Shown one piece after another: positions 1 to 9,891 of a stretch of 64,000 nucleotides of DNA (its first letter is position 1; each line of letters begins with the position of its first letter). The DNA is taken from IMG/VR virus record IMGVR_UViG_3300022876_000098. One strand, 5' to 3'. A program made the position numbers and the translations under genes. The DNA comes from an uncultured virus (IMG/VR IMGVR_UViG_3300022876_000098). Its lineage: Duplodnaviria > Heunggongvirae > Uroviricota > Caudoviricetes. The notes under the pieces were generated by a model. That model had not been told where the DNA came from, searched no databases, and was given only the letters and a program-made list of their open reading frames with translations.

Positions 1-1156
1 GGCCCACCCCGGCCAGGGCGAGCAGGGCCGCCACGCAGAAGATCGAGGCGTACCCTAGGTGCACGGCTACTGCGCCCATTACTGGCCCGGCGATAGCCAG
101 GGCCATATCGAAGAACACCGCATAGGCTCCCAGCCCCGCACCGCGGCTGTTGCTGGGGACCTGCTTGATGGCCTCCACGCCCAGCGCCGGGTACACCAGC
201 GACAGCCCGAAACCGGTAAGCCCTGCGCCGACCAATGCCCAGGCCGGCGAAGGCGCCAGCCACAGCAAGCTCAGGCCGAGCACTTCAGTGGCCATGCAGG
301 CGACCGCCACGCTGTAACCACCAAAGCGGTTGACCGCGTTGACGAACAGCAGACGCGAAAGGATGAAGCACACACCAAACGCACTCAGGCACCAGGCTGC
401 GCCTAGCCAACCGCGCTCCAGGTAGTACAAAGTGACGAAGGTGGTCAGCGTGCCGTAGCCGATCGAGGCCAGGGTCAGCCCAAGACCACACGGCGCGACC
501 CGGACAAACGCCGACCAGAACGGCAGGCGCTCGCCACGCACCACCACCACGTCGGCACGCTTGCGCAACACCAGCAGGGCAAGGGTTGCCAGCACCAGCA
601 AAGCAGGGCCCAGCACGCTGAAGTCCAGCTCATCCACGGCCACTACGCCCAGTGGTGCGCCAATGGCGATGGCGCCGTAGGAGGCGATGCCGTTCCATGA
701 GATCACCCTGGCGGTGTGTTCGGGGCCGACCTGGCTGATGCCCCAGCTCAAGGTGGCCACACCGATCAGCCCCTGGGCGATGCCGAGCAGCAACCGGCCC
801 CCAAGCAACAACGCCAGGCTCAGCAGCGGCAGCGTCAGGGTCCAGGCCGATAACAGGGTCAATACCCCGCAGCCGGCAATCCCCATCAGGCCGAAGCGGA
901 TGGCTTGCTTGCCCCCGAGGTTATCTGCAACGCGCCCGGCAAACGGGCGGCTCAGTAGGGTGGCCAGATACTGCAAGCCGATGGTCACCCCTGCGATCAC
1001 CGCACCAAAGCCCAGCTGGTCGTGCACGTAGCTGGGTAACACCGCAATCGGCAGGCCGATGCAGAGGAAGGCAATGAAGGTGTAGAAAACGATCGACAGG
1101 ATCTGCAGGGTGATTTGCAGCGTATGGCTGGCGGGGGCAGGTTGTTGCGCGGTCAT
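1..1156 (-). CDS. MFS transporter (YhhS-like), 3' end outside the window
   Basis: Read manually from ATG at 1156: MTAQQPAPASHTLQITLQILSIVFYTFIAFLCIGLPIAVLPSYVHDQLG...SRPFAGRVADNLGGK. Multiple TM helices and an MFS motif-A-like segment. Confidence 0.85.
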   Translation of the reverse strand, partial: MTAQQPAPASHTLQITLQILSIVFYTFIAFLCIGLPIAVLPSYVHDQLGFGAVIAGVTIGLQYLATLLSRPFAGRVADNLGGKQAIRFGLMGIAGCGVLTLLSAWTLTLPLLSLALLLGGRLLLGIAQGLIGVATLSWGISQVGPEHTARVISWNGIASYGAIAIGAPLGVVAVDELDFSVLGPALLVLATLALLVLRKRADVVVVRGERLPFWSAFVRVAPCGLGLTLASIGYGTLTTFVTLYYLERGWLGAAWCLSAFGVCFILSRLLFVNAVNRFGGYSVAVACMATEVLGLSLLWLAPSPAWALVGAGLTGFGLSLVYPALGVEAIKQVPSNSRGAGLGAYAVFFDMALAIAGPVMGAVAVHLGYASIFCVAALLALAGVG

Positions 1157-1269
1157 GGGCTCTTTCGCGGGCGGGCGGTTGGGCGTGGTCCCATGATGGC
1201 TGTTACATGAAGGAAATGAAAGCAGGCTAACGAATTATTCGTCGGGTTGTGTCAGCTGTGGGGCTGGCG

Positions 1270-1312
1270 GTGGGATCTTCGCGGGCAAGCCCGCGAAGAG
1301 GCGGGCCCAGCC
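1270..1312. repeat. Degenerate Pseudomonas putida-type REP palindrome
   Basis: Intergenic CTTCGCGGGCAAGCCCGCGAAG inverted repeat resembling the P. putida REP core. Confidence 0.55.
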
Positions 1313-1341
1313 ATACACAATGGCCAGGCCTTACCCATCAA

Positions 1342-2928
1342 TCAGACCAGTACGCCTTGGCTGCGCAGGTAATCGTCGTAGGTGCCGCTGAAGTCCACCA
1401 CGCCATCGGGCGACAGCTCGATGATGCGCGTGGCCAACGACGACACGAACTCACGGTCGTGGCTGACGAACAACAAGGTGCCCGGATAGTTTTCCAGCGC
1501 CAGGTTCAGCGCCTCGATCGATTCCATGTCCAGGTGGTTGGTTGGCTCGTCCATCACCAGCACGTTCGGCTTTTGCAGGATCAGCTTGCCGAACAGCATC
1601 CGGCCTTGCTCACCACCGGAAATCACCTTCACCGACTTGAGGATCTCGTCGTTGGAGAACAGCATGCGCCCCAGGGTGCCGCGAATCACTTGCTCGCCGG
1701 AGGTCCACTGGCCCATCCAGTCAAACAGGCTCAGGTCGTCTTCAAAGTCGTGAGCGTGGTCCTGGGCGTAGTAGCCCACTTCCGCGCTGTCAGTCCATTT
1801 CACCGAACCTGCGTCCGGGGTCATTTCGCCGACCAGCGTGCGCAGCAGGGTAGTCTTGCCAATACCGTTGGGGCCGATGATTGCAACGCGCTCACCCGCT
1901 TCGACGGTAATGTCGAAGTTTTTGAACAGCACCTTGTCGTCGAAGGCCTTTGCCATCTTCTCCACCACCACCGCCTGACGGTGCAGTTTCTTGGTCTGCT
2001 CGAAGCGAATGAACGGGCTGACGCGGCTGGAAGGTTTCACTTCGGCCAGCTGGATCTTGTCGATCTGCTTGGCACGCGAAGTCGCCTGCTTGGCCTTGGA
2101 GGCGTTGGCCGAGAAGCGGCTGACGAACGTCTGCAGTTCGGCGATCTGCGCCTTTTTCTTGGCGTTGTCCGACAGCAACTGCTCACGCGATTGGGTGGCC
2201 GCAGTCATGTACTCATCATAGTTGCCCGGGAACAGGCGCAGCTCGCCGTAGTCCAGGTCGGCCATGTGGGTGCAGACGCTGTTGAGGAAGTGGCGGTCGT
2301 GGGAAATGATGATCATGGTGCTGTTACGCGCCGTGAGGATCGTTTCCAGCCAGCGGATGGTGTTGATATCCAGGTGGTTGGTCGGTTCGTCGAGCAGCAG
2401 CACGTCCGGGTCCGAGAACAATGCCTGGGCCAGCAGCACACGCAGCTTCCAGCCTGGCGCCACTTCGCTCATCGGGCCGAAGTGTTGCTCCAGGGGGATA
2501 CCCAGGCCGAGCAGCAGTTCACCGGCGCGGGATTCGGCGGTGTAGCCGTCCATTTCGGCGAATTCGGTTTCCAGCTCGGCGACGGCCATGCCGTCTTCCT
2601 CGGTCATTTCCGGCAACGAGTAGATACGGTCGCGCTCGGCCTTGACCTTCCACAGCTGGCCGTGGCCCATGATCACGGTGTCGATCACGGTGAATTCTTC
2701 ATAGGCGAACTGGTCCTGGCGCAGCTTGCCCAGGCGGGTGTTCGGCTCGAGCATGACCTGGCCACCGGACGGCTCCAGGTCGCCGCCGAGGATCTTCATG
2801 AAGGTCGACTTGCCGCAACCGTTAGCGCCGATCAGGCCGTAACGGTTGCCGTTGTTGAATTTTACGGAAACGTTTTCGAACAGCGGCTTGGAGCCGAACT
2901 GCATGGTGATGTTAGCGGTAGAAATCAA
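1342..2928 (-). CDS. ybiT: ABC-F family ATPase (YbiT-like)
   Basis: Two ABC domains ([19 protein letters not shown] and [22 protein letters not shown]), no TM segments, TTG start. Confidence 0.9.
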   Translation of the reverse strand: MISTANITMQFGSKPLFENVSVKFNNGNRYGLIGANGCGKSTFMKILGGDLEPSGGQVMLEPNTRLGKLRQDQFAYEEFTVIDTVIMGHGQLWKVKAERDRIYSLPEMTEEDGMAVAELETEFAEMDGYTAESRAGELLLGLGIPLEQHFGPMSEVAPGWKLRVLLAQALFSDPDVLLLDEPTNHLDINTIRWLETILTARNSTMIIISHDRHFLNSVCTHMADLDYGELRLFPGNYDEYMTAATQSREQLLSDNAKKKAQIAELQTFVSRFSANASKAKQATSRAKQIDKIQLAEVKPSSRVSPFIRFEQTKKLHRQAVVVEKMAKAFDDKVLFKNFDITVEAGERVAIIGPNGIGKTTLLRTLVGEMTPDAGSVKWTDSAEVGYYAQDHAHDFEDDLSLFDWMGQWTSGEQVIRGTLGRMLFSNDEILKSVKVISGGEQGRMLFGKLILQKPNVLVMDEPTNHLDMESIEALNLALENYPGTLLFVSHDREFVSSLATRIIELSPDGVVDFSGTYDDYLRSQGVLV

Positions 2929-2960
2929 GTGCTTGTCCTGCGGGGGTTCCAGAGGTGTAT

Positions 2961-4175
2961 TTAGGCCCTGTCGTCAGTCTTGGGCCAATTTTGGGCCAAT
3001 TCGACTCGGGGCGGCAGCTTCTCCAGCTCCCTCCAGTCCGAGGAGGAGCTGATCCATTTCGCGTAGGTAGAGAGCAACATCTCGACGCTGTGGCCAAGCT
3101 GGCTCGCGATGAACGCGGGGTTCATCCCAGACATCAGGCACATGGTTGCGTAGGTGTGGCGGGTGTCGTACTGACGGCGTTCACGGATGTTCAGCGCCTT
3201 CAGCGCCGATTTGAAGTGGCGGATTGTAACACTTGGCTCGTTAATCCACAGCCCACCTTTGCTAGGTTGGAACACGAAGGGGCTCGTAGGGTGGGCCGAC
3301 TTGGACGCCATGCGACGAAGAGTAGCCATTCGCTGGGCCTGGTTGATGGCGTTCAGTGCGCGCTCGTTTAACAGGACCACCCGATGATGCTTGGTTTTCG
3401 TGCGTTCCTGGGGCGCACGGTTGACGATGATCCGGCGAACCGTCGCGGAGCGCTGATCAAGGTCGATGTCCTCCCACTTCAGGCCCATTGCTTCGCCAGG
3501 GCGGACTCCAGTAAAGAAGCAAAACTCAAAGAACGCTGCGTAGATCTGCGAGTATTTCTGAAGCGTCGCATACAGGTGGGAGATTATCGCCTCTGCTTCC
3601 GCCCTGGTGTAAGGGTCTACGACCTTCTTGACGGCCCTTGGCTTATCGAGCGAGTTGGTGGGGTTCTTGGCGATCAAACCATCGAGGACCGCTGTCTTGA
3701 AAACGCTGGACAGCTTGATGATCGCATTCCGCTTGACGCCAACTGACGTCCACTGGATCTGGGAAATGACCCCGCGAAGCATGGTCGGCGTGATCATGTC
3801 TATCCGGCGTAGGCCGAGGTACGGCATCCAGTAGATGTTGAACACGCTCTTGTAGTTGTTGCGGGTGCCTTCGACGATGTGGCGACTATCCAGCCACATC
3901 TGGGTGTAGGCGCCCAGGCTCGGAATGGACTCCGCCGTCCGGCGGGCCACCTCCGAGCCCGGGAATAGCTCGGCATACTTCTCGTCGTCCAGCAGGTCGT
4001 GGCGGATCAGGTTTACTACTTGATCACGTACACGGCTGGCTGCGCGGATGCCCTGCGCCGTCGGGGGATGGGCGAGGGTTTCCCCGCGACGCTCACCGTT
4101 CCAAGTGAAACGGATTCGGAGCGAGTCTCCTCGGATTTCAATTCCAGGGGGCAGACCCACAGGCTTTCGAGCCAT
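2961..4175 (-). CDS. int: Tyrosine recombinase (phage integrase) with N-terminal arm-binding domain
   Basis: FTGVRPGE (catalytic R), [20 protein letters not shown] (catalytic Y). Confidence 0.95.
   Translation of the reverse strand: MARKPVGLPPGIEIRGDSLRIRFTWNGERRGETLAHPPTAQGIRAASRVRDQVVNLIRHDLLDDEKYAELFPGSEVARRTAESIPSLGAYTQMWLDSRHIVEGTRNNYKSVFNIYWMPYLGLRRIDMITPTMLRGVISQIQWTSVGVKRNAIIKLSSVFKTAVLDGLIAKNPTNSLDKPRAVKKVVDPYTRAEAEAIISHLYATLQKYSQIYAAFFEFCFFTGVRPGEAMGLKWEDIDLDQRSATVRRIIVNRAPQERTKTKHHRVVLLNERALNAINQAQRMATLRRMASKSAHPTSPFVFQPSKGGLWINEPSVTIRHFKSALKALNIRERRQYDTRHTYATMCLMSGMNPAFIASQLGHSVEMLLSTYAKWISSSSDWRELEKLPPRVELAQNWPKTDDRA
2980..3001. repeat. Tandem 11-bp direct repeat TTGGGCCAATT x2, putative integrase arm-type sites
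   Basis: Exact tandem repeat inside the 3' end of int, next to the inferred att junction. Confidence 0.55.
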
Positions 4176-4390
4176 TCCTCATATCTCCATCTGCTGTACA
4201 TGATGTTGCGGCCGTTCTTATTCCAGACGCCTTCAGGGATTTTCCCGCGCTGGCGCCGGGTCTGAAGCGCTCGCAGCGTAATTCCCAGCAGTTCGGCCAT
4301 CTTTTCCTCCGTTACCTTGTCCATTTCCTGGGCAACGGCCTCTTCCAGCCCGGCGCGTTCATCGCCTGGCTTCTTCCTTTTTGAATGCAT
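4016..4390 (-). CDS. Excisionase-like DNA-binding protein overlapping the int 5' end
   Basis: MAELLGITLRALQTRRQRGKIP winged-helix pattern, directly upstream of int, 160-nt overlap. Confidence 0.65.
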   Translation of the reverse strand: MHSKRKKPGDERAGLEEAVAQEMDKVTEEKMAELLGITLRALQTRRQRGKIPEGVWNKNGRNIMYSRWRYEEWLESLWVCPLELKSEETRSESVSLGTVSVAGKPSPIPRRRRASAQPAVYVIK

Positions 4391-4426
4391 GTTGGTCTCC
4401 ACGCCGCCGGTGGCGGCAGGTTGGGG

Positions 4427-4924
4427 TCAGGCGGGCATTTTCTCGAGCACCGTGTCGGCGACCTTGAGCGCCGCCTGGGCATCGTCGACGTAAGCTGGAT
4501 CGAAGCCGCCGGCGTAGTGGATCGCCCGCTGGCAGGCGTCCAGCTCTTTACGAGCGAGGCGGAGTGCCTGAATCAGTTCTTCCTGCAGTGCGCCCTCGGC
4601 CCGGCCGATATCCCAGAACCGCTGGCCCCAGTGCCCTCCGGGCGGCTGGTTATTGTTCTGTTTCCCGGCCGCCATTGCCCCTACGGCTACATCGCATACC
4701 CCGCGCTTGTAGGTGTTGTCGCCATCAAGGCTCAGGGCGGCACGCCGGCGCAGGGCGTTCACGACCTCATCAGCAGCAACACCAGGGCCCATCAGGACGA
4801 TGTCTTGCTCAGGTTCGCCTGGTACGTAGATCGCCAAGGTGAGCTTGGCTCCTGGCACCAGATGGTCGCTGATCTGTACCAGGGCATCGTTGGCTACTTC
4901 GTGGAAACGGTTTATTGCGGACAT
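4427..4924 (-). CDS. Phage hypothetical protein
   Basis: ORF with SD-like GAGG in the early-left operon. Confidence 0.7.
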   Translation of the reverse strand: MSAINRFHEVANDALVQISDHLVPGAKLTLAIYVPGEPEQDIVLMGPGVAADEVVNALRRRAALSLDGDNTYKRGVCDVAVGAMAAGKQNNNQPPGGHWGQRFWDIGRAEGALQEELIQALRLARKELDACQRAIHYAGGFDPAYVDDAQAALKVADTVLEKMPA

Positions 4925-4977
4925 AGGTGATCCTCGACCGGCAGCCATTGCCGCCGGCCTTGAGTGGAAGAAGGGAA

Positions 4978-5898
4978 TTATTTGGTCAGTTCGTGTCCGA
5001 ACGGCACGCGGAAGCCGGAAGCGTTGCGGTGCCCACCGCCGCCGTACTGCTTGGCGATCTCCGACACATCCATGCCCTCGTCGGTGCTGCGCAGGCTGAA
5101 TACGCGGCCATCAGGGGTGTCCCAGTAGCAGGCGGCGAAAGGTTCGCCCTGGGCCATGAGGTGACCCGCATCGCTGGTGAGCGTGTACGGCAGGCTGGCC
5201 ACCGGCACATCGTGACCTCCGATGACCAGGCGGCGCTTGGTCACGGCCACCAGTTCGGCAACGTCCTTCTGGTGCTTTCGCTCAATCGCGGCGCCGTCCG
5301 AGCGGAGGGTCTGCACATCAGTCGCCATGAGCGTGTCCCAGACTTCGAAGTCATAGGGGTAGCTGAAGAGATTGGCCTGAATCTCGCGGGTGCCGTCCAG
5401 CTGGAACAGCCACAGGTCTCGGTCCTCGATGTGGCGCAGCAGCATGGGAGGTTCTTGCGCGGGGAAGAAGTGGTCCCAGGCAAGCATGGCGCCGCTGCGG
5501 TTCATGTCGAAGCAGCAGGCGATAGCGGGGGAGTTCTGCGAACTCATCAAGATGTGCGCGCTTTCCCACCCCAGCGCGACCGTGCCGTCGGCGTGCCGGC
5601 CATCCAGCCGAACGCCTGCGTGGAAAGGCGGGAATTTGCCCAGATCCTCCGCTGCCGACTTGTGGTGGTCCAGGATGATTATGCTGTTGGCTTTCCAGCT
5701 CATCCTGGCCATGACTTCGTACTTGTAGCTGAAGTCCACGATGATGACGTTTTTGCCCTCAACGTCAGGCGGCTCCTGGCCGTACACGCCGGCGACGAAC
5801 TCGACCTGGTCGCCCATGGCCTTGCGGACAACCCAGGCGGCGCCGAAGCCGTCAGCACAGTTGCCATGGTAGATGCACATCGTTTTGCGTTCAGACAT
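4978..5898 (-). CDS. DHH/DHHA1 family phosphoesterase
   Basis: YHGNCADG, VDFS, ILDHH, DRDLW and GGGGHRNASGF motifs. Confidence 0.9.
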   Translation of the reverse strand: MSERKTMCIYHGNCADGFGAAWVVRKAMGDQVEFVAGVYGQEPPDVEGKNVIIVDFSYKYEVMARMSWKANSIIILDHHKSAAEDLGKFPPFHAGVRLDGRHADGTVALGWESAHILMSSQNSPAIACCFDMNRSGAMLAWDHFFPAQEPPMLLRHIEDRDLWLFQLDGTREIQANLFSYPYDFEVWDTLMATDVQTLRSDGAAIERKHQKDVAELVAVTKRRLVIGGHDVPVASLPYTLTSDAGHLMAQGEPFAACYWDTPDGRVFSLRSTDEGMDVSEIAKQYGGGGHRNASGFRVPFGHELTK

Positions 5899-5970
5899 AG
5901 AGGTTCCTCGCCCGCGCACAGCGGCGGGCACGCATGTTTAAATAGTGCCCCCAAAACAAGGAGCATTGAA

Positions 5971-6156
5971 ATGGCAAAGGAAGCCAGGAAGCCGTTTGGC
6001 TACGTAGCGGTCACGCTCATACCTACGGGCATCGGGTTCGTTATGGGCGGGCTGCTGTCAGACCAGCCGGCATTCATCTACAGCGGCCTGGGCATGGCTA
6101 TACCTGGGGTGTTGCTAGCCGCGACGCACTTCTGGACGACCCGTCGACGGGCTTGA
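5971..6156 (+). CDS. Small two-TM membrane protein (moron)
   Basis: AGGAG SD, MAKEARKPFGYVAVTLIP..., opposite strand to its neighbours. Confidence 0.65.
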   Translation: MAKEARKPFGYVAVTLIPTGIGFVMGGLLSDQPAFIYSGLGMAIPGVLLAATHFWTTRRRA

Positions 6157-6172
6157 GTTGTAGGGGGAGGGG

Positions 6173-6653
6173 TTAGGCTGCTGGGCGTTTCATGAAGGTG
6201 ATCCAGTGCGTCTTTTCGCGCTTGCCTGACTTGTGGCCAAACAGGGGGCTTCTCATCGCTGAGGGCCAGCTCGCTGACCAGCACCTGGGTTTCATTCCAC
6301 TTGAAGATCAGGATTCCCTCGGGCTCCAGCACGCGGAAGCACTCGGCGAAGCCCTGGCGGATATCCTCCCGCCAGTCGCTGGTCAGCAGTCCGTACTTGG
6401 CGCGCATCCAGCTATCGACGCCGGCCCGGGTTAGGTGCGGCGGATCGAACACGACCAGGCGGAAGGTTGAGGCCTCGAAGGGCAGGCTGCGGAAGTCCAT
6501 CAGCACATCGGGCTCAACCTTCAGCACCCGGCCGTCGCATAGCAGGTGCTCCTCGTCGCGGATGTCACCGAAGAGGGCGCGTTGGTCTTGCTTGTCGAAC
6601 CACATCATGCGGCTGGCGCTGCAAGGGTCGAGCACTTTGGCTGCGGCGCTCAC
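6173..6653 (-). pseudogene. SAM-dependent (DPPH-motif) phage methyltransferase, frameshifted at a G5 run (6244-6248)
   Basis: VLDPCSASRMMWFDK and VVFDPPH motifs. The C-terminus LFGHKSGKREKTHWITFMK lies in a shifted frame; span is 481 nt (3n+1). May be a sequencing error. Confidence 0.7.
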
Positions 6654-7015
6654 GGCATCAGCTCCTTCGGCACCTGGACGGTATCGCCGAGCTTGGTGAT
6701 GACGAGGGTGCGGCAGAAGGCGATCAATGCGGTTGGCCCGTAGAGCCAGATGCCGGCACCTGCAGGGCCGGCGCTGTACCGGCAACTGTCATCCTCCAGA
6801 TGCGAGTTGTGATGGGCGCTGCCCAGGTGCTTATCGAACAGGGGCCCGCCTTGGGCCCAGTTCCAGCTCGGACGCCAGGCGCTGGTGTCATCCGGCAGCT
6901 TTCGCACCCATCCTTGGTGATCGATGAAGACCGGTACGGCCTCGGCCTTCGCCACGGCCCAGTCCAGCGGCGCGCCGACCAGGTTGGATACCCTCACTTC
7001 GATCAGGTCGGTCAT
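6650..7015 (-). CDS. NinX/DUF2591-like phage protein
   Basis: LVGAPLDWAVAKAE, WRPSWNWAQGGPL and GPTALIAFCR patterns. Confidence 0.75.
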   Translation of the reverse strand: MTDLIEVRVSNLVGAPLDWAVAKAEAVPVFIDHQGWVRKLPDDTSAWRPSWNWAQGGPLFDKHLGSAHHNSHLEDDSCRYSAGPAGAGIWLYGPTALIAFCRTLVITKLGDTVQVPKELMP

Positions 7016-7524
7016 TGCTGCACCGCCTGCCAGAAGGGACCCTTGTTGGTCACCAAGCCCTTTCGCTTCAGACGCTGGCATGCCTTGCTGATCTCTTCCC
7101 GAGATTCGCGGATGGCGCCGCGCATGGCGTGGGCCGTTGATCCCTCGATGCCGATCAAGTGCCCCAGAACTCGCTCATCTGTCCCGCCGGCGAGCATGCC
7201 CTGGCCATACTTGGCAGCCACTGTTGCAACCGCCAAGCGCAGCGGGCTCTTCCGGGCGCCAGGTTCGTCTGCATGCGACACCTCACTTTGCTTGAAGCCG
7301 ACATACGGAACATGAGCTGTGGCCCGAGCGAGGTGGTGCAAGCAGCAGATGTCCATCCTGAGCTTTGCGATGATGAGCATCGTCTGCCGGTCATCCCGCA
7401 TCGGCAGCCAAACCTCCCGGCCTGTCTCCGGGTCGTCGTAGTAGAAGGCGTCACTGCCGCGCCGGTACTCCAGCTCGAAGCCCATGGCCTTGGCCGACAG
7501 CTTAATGATGTCGTCTTCTGTCAC
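7012..7524 (-). CDS. Phage hypothetical protein, possible C-terminal wHTH
   Basis: Coupled ORF (4-nt overlaps on both sides). Confidence 0.65.
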   Translation of the reverse strand: MTEDDIIKLSAKAMGFELEYRRGSDAFYYDDPETGREVWLPMRDDRQTMLIIAKLRMDICCLHHLARATAHVPYVGFKQSEVSHADEPGARKSPLRLAVATVAAKYGQGMLAGGTDERVLGHLIGIEGSTAHAMRGAIRESREEISKACQRLKRKGLVTNKGPFWQAVQQ

Positions 7525-7724
7525 AGCTGATACCTCTCATCAATCCAGCGCCCAGGCGCCAGTGCGGGTGTAGGTTCGGGTTGTGTTTCGTGCGGGGAGA
7601 GCTGGCGCTGGTGATGGGTAACGCAAGGCGTCGCCTGCTCGACCTTGTATTGGTTCATCCATGAGGCGCCGATCAGCGCGCCGATGGCGCCGTATGTCAG
7701 GGCCTCAATCAGCCAGCCGATCAT
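7521..7724 (-). CDS. Small phage membrane protein
   Basis: MIGWLIEALTYGAIGALIGASW; coupled overlaps. Confidence 0.55.
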   Translation of the reverse strand: MIGWLIEALTYGAIGALIGASWMNQYKVEQATPCVTHHQRQLSPHETQPEPTPALAPGRWIDERYQL

Positions 7725-8017
7725 GGCTGCACCTCGGCGTTGTAGCGCTTGTAGTCCTCGCCGAATTCCCAGCAGTAGGTGGCCGGCCACGCGCCTTGCG
7801 TCCCTTCTTCGACAAACACATATCGATGTGCAAACTCGCCCGACCGATCCGGCACCGTCCTGCACCATTTGTGCTGCGGCCCACCCAGGAACCAGCCCGG
7901 GCACTCCTTCACGGCTTCAGCCATGAACGCCTCAAGGTCATGGTGACCCTTGCTCATCGCGATGTAGGTGTCGCTGCCGACGCTTTGCACGTTCAGCGGA
8001 TACTGTTTCAGCCTCAT
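7721..8017 (-). CDS. Phage hypothetical protein
   Basis: ATGA coupling with neighbours. Confidence 0.65.
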   Translation of the reverse strand: MRLKQYPLNVQSVGSDTYIAMSKGHHDLEAFMAEAVKECPGWFLGGPQHKWCRTVPDRSGEFAHRYVFVEEGTQGAWPATYCWEFGEDYKRYNAEVQP

Positions 8018-8343
8018 GGCTTCACCTCGCGGCGACCCCACCAGCACACAGGGCCGTCATCGATGTCGTGGGTCGCAAGACAGAACCAGCCATCGCCTTC
8101 AGGCTTGCCCGGCTCCCAATAGCCGCAATGCGGCTCATCGGATGCGAAGTACCGATCAGCTATCTCGTCAGGCGCATCGGTCTCCAAATGCACCATGACG
8201 AGCTGCAGGCCTTGCTGAGCAATCCAGGCCTTGCACTTCTCGCCGTCGCCCTCGTCGAAGTCGGGCAGCTCTGGGTGTTCGTACATTCCGTATTCGTCGC
8301 GCACTACCGGCGCCGGCTGGATCAGCTTGATTTCTTCAGGCAT
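8014..8343 (-). CDS. Phage hypothetical protein
   Basis: AAGGA SD; VVRDEYGMYEHP and WEPGKPEGDGWFCLATHDIDDGP. Confidence 0.75.
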   Translation of the reverse strand: MPEEIKLIQPAPVVRDEYGMYEHPELPDFDEGDGEKCKAWIAQQGLQLVMVHLETDAPDEIADRYFASDEPHCGYWEPGKPEGDGWFCLATHDIDDGPVCWWGRREVKP

Positions 8344-8521
8344 GACGATTCCTTGGCCGCCATATCGCGGCAGAATTTGTACAAGTTATTGGAGGTGTAG
8401 AAGTTTGCGGGCCGATGGTCTGATTCAGTTCACAGTTCGGCCTTTTCCGGTTGTGCAGCGGCACCGCTTCGCTATGGTGGTCTTTGGCCATACACAAAAA
8501 ACTTCAGTCGTAGGAGGCGGC

Positions 8522-8824
8522 ATGCGAATTCGCGGAGACGTTTATTGGCAGTGGGCGGATCCCACGCTGCACCACCGGGAGCACGACGAAACTCTCGACG
8601 ACGGCACGTTTATCGATGTTCAGGTGAGGCTCTCGCGCACGGGTGAAACGCAAATGTTTATCGGCGTCTATGCGCCGGCTGGCACTGCGCTTCACGAAGA
8701 GGCTTTCGACTCCCGCCCAGGCGAGTCGATGACCAGAGCACTGGCTTGGGGCGTGGGGCGTGCTCGCCGAATCGCCACCGAGGGCCTTGCAGCAACGGAA
8801 AAGCTTGCAGCCACCTCGAAATAG
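8522..8824 (+). CDS. Hypothetical protein (moron)
   Basis: AGGAGG SD, antisense to the operon. Confidence 0.7.
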   Translation: MRIRGDVYWQWADPTLHHREHDETLDDGTFIDVQVRLSRTGETQMFIGVYAPAGTALHEEAFDSRPGESMTRALAWGVGRARRIATEGLAATEKLAATSK

Positions 8825-8912
8825 AGGTAGATCGTTGGGTGCAGCCGTGCAATGACTGCTATAGCTTAGTAGTCTAAAGTCCCCAATCCTTGGAACGGGC
8901 AGTTGTTAGGTC

Positions 8913-9146
8913 GTGACAGACGATATTGAACCTGCATCAGTCTCTTACGAGCACTGTATAGAGCTGAAATGGACCGTCCCGGGGCCAGTTGGGCCTGATG
9001 ACATAGTCATCAGCATTAAGCACCAAGGGTATCAAAAGCACAGAATGAGGCTTTCTTCGAACTATGCCTCGGTAGAAGAAGCTATAGCGGCTGCCGAAGG
9101 TTTGGTGAGGCATTACACCTCAGTGGTTGGGGGTAGGGCAGGCTGA
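8913..9146 (+). CDS. Hypothetical protein (moron)
   Basis: AT-richer ORF antisense to the operon. Confidence 0.5.
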   Translation: MTDDIEPASVSYEHCIELKWTVPGPVGPDDIVISIKHQGYQKHRMRLSSNYASVEEAIAAAEGLVRHYTSVVGGRAG

Positions 9147-9757
9147 CGAGGGAGCAGTGCTCTGATGTGTGTGCACTCGTCGGTCGGCTCTGCGTTGGCG
9201 AATAGGGCGGCCCTCACCTTTTGCTGCAATCTGAACTCCATAGCGGCTGGCGGCGCGTCTGCCAGTTCGCGCAGCAGCGCATCCTGCTCGGCCAGCTGGG
9301 CGCGCTGATTCGAAATCCGCAAGCTCTGCCGTTGGATGTTCGAGTCGGAATGTTTGATGACTTCGCGCAACTGCTCGTTCTCGCCGCGCAGCCGCTCAAC
9401 CTCTGCGGCACCGGTCATCGGTCCCAGGTCACCAATCGGCAGCCCAGTCGCCGCGGCATCCCGCTCCGCCTCTCCTTTGGTCCACCAGATGGCAGTTCCA
9501 ACCATCCAGGCTATCGGCTCGGGGTGGGGCTGCGTGGCTGGCGCGAGCGCCTTTATGTGCGTCCGGCCGCCGATGTAGTGCCAGTCGATTTTCCAGCCGG
9601 TGACAGCGGACAGGCTCTGGCAGATGGTTTCAACAGCATGCTTCGGCACATCGCCCACCAGGCAGGCACAGATGCCGCTCTTGTAGACGTCAGTTGCGCA
9701 GGGCGGCAGCTGCTCTGCCGCCATCTCGGTGTTGCTGGATTGGTTTTCTGTGGGCAT
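9113..9757 (-). CDS. Mosaic phage protein with coiled coil (Ead/Ea22-like position)
   Basis: MPTEN start; AEVERLRGENEQL coiled coil. Confidence 0.6.
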   Translation of the reverse strand: MPTENQSSNTEMAAEQLPPCATDVYKSGICACLVGDVPKHAVETICQSLSAVTGWKIDWHYIGGRTHIKALAPATQPHPEPIAWMVGTAIWWTKGEAERDAAATGLPIGDLGPMTGAAEVERLRGENEQLREVIKHSDSNIQRQSLRISNQRAQLAEQDALLRELADAPPAAMEFRLQQKVRAALFANAEPTDECTHIRALLPRQPALPPTTEV

Positions 9758-9891
9758 GGGGAGACCTGTCAGTGCTGGCTTTGAGCCATGATTTTAGGTA
9801 GCGTTTGGGGACAAGCGCAGGGTGACCGAGCGTATTTTTAAAAGGCTGGTTTTTTGGCCAGGCAATATCGCCAGAGGAGGGCAATAGCAAA

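Noticed and set aside
1249..2964. 571-aa plus-strand ORF and similar long antisense ORFs (e.g. 17245-18339, 40631-41863, 55553-58123)
   Set aside because: Shadow frames of high-GC genes on the opposite strand; no motifs or SD.
6078..6785. 235-aa methyltransferase as given in the ORF track
   Set aside because: The real start is likely GTG at 6653 and the C-terminus is a frameshift read-through.
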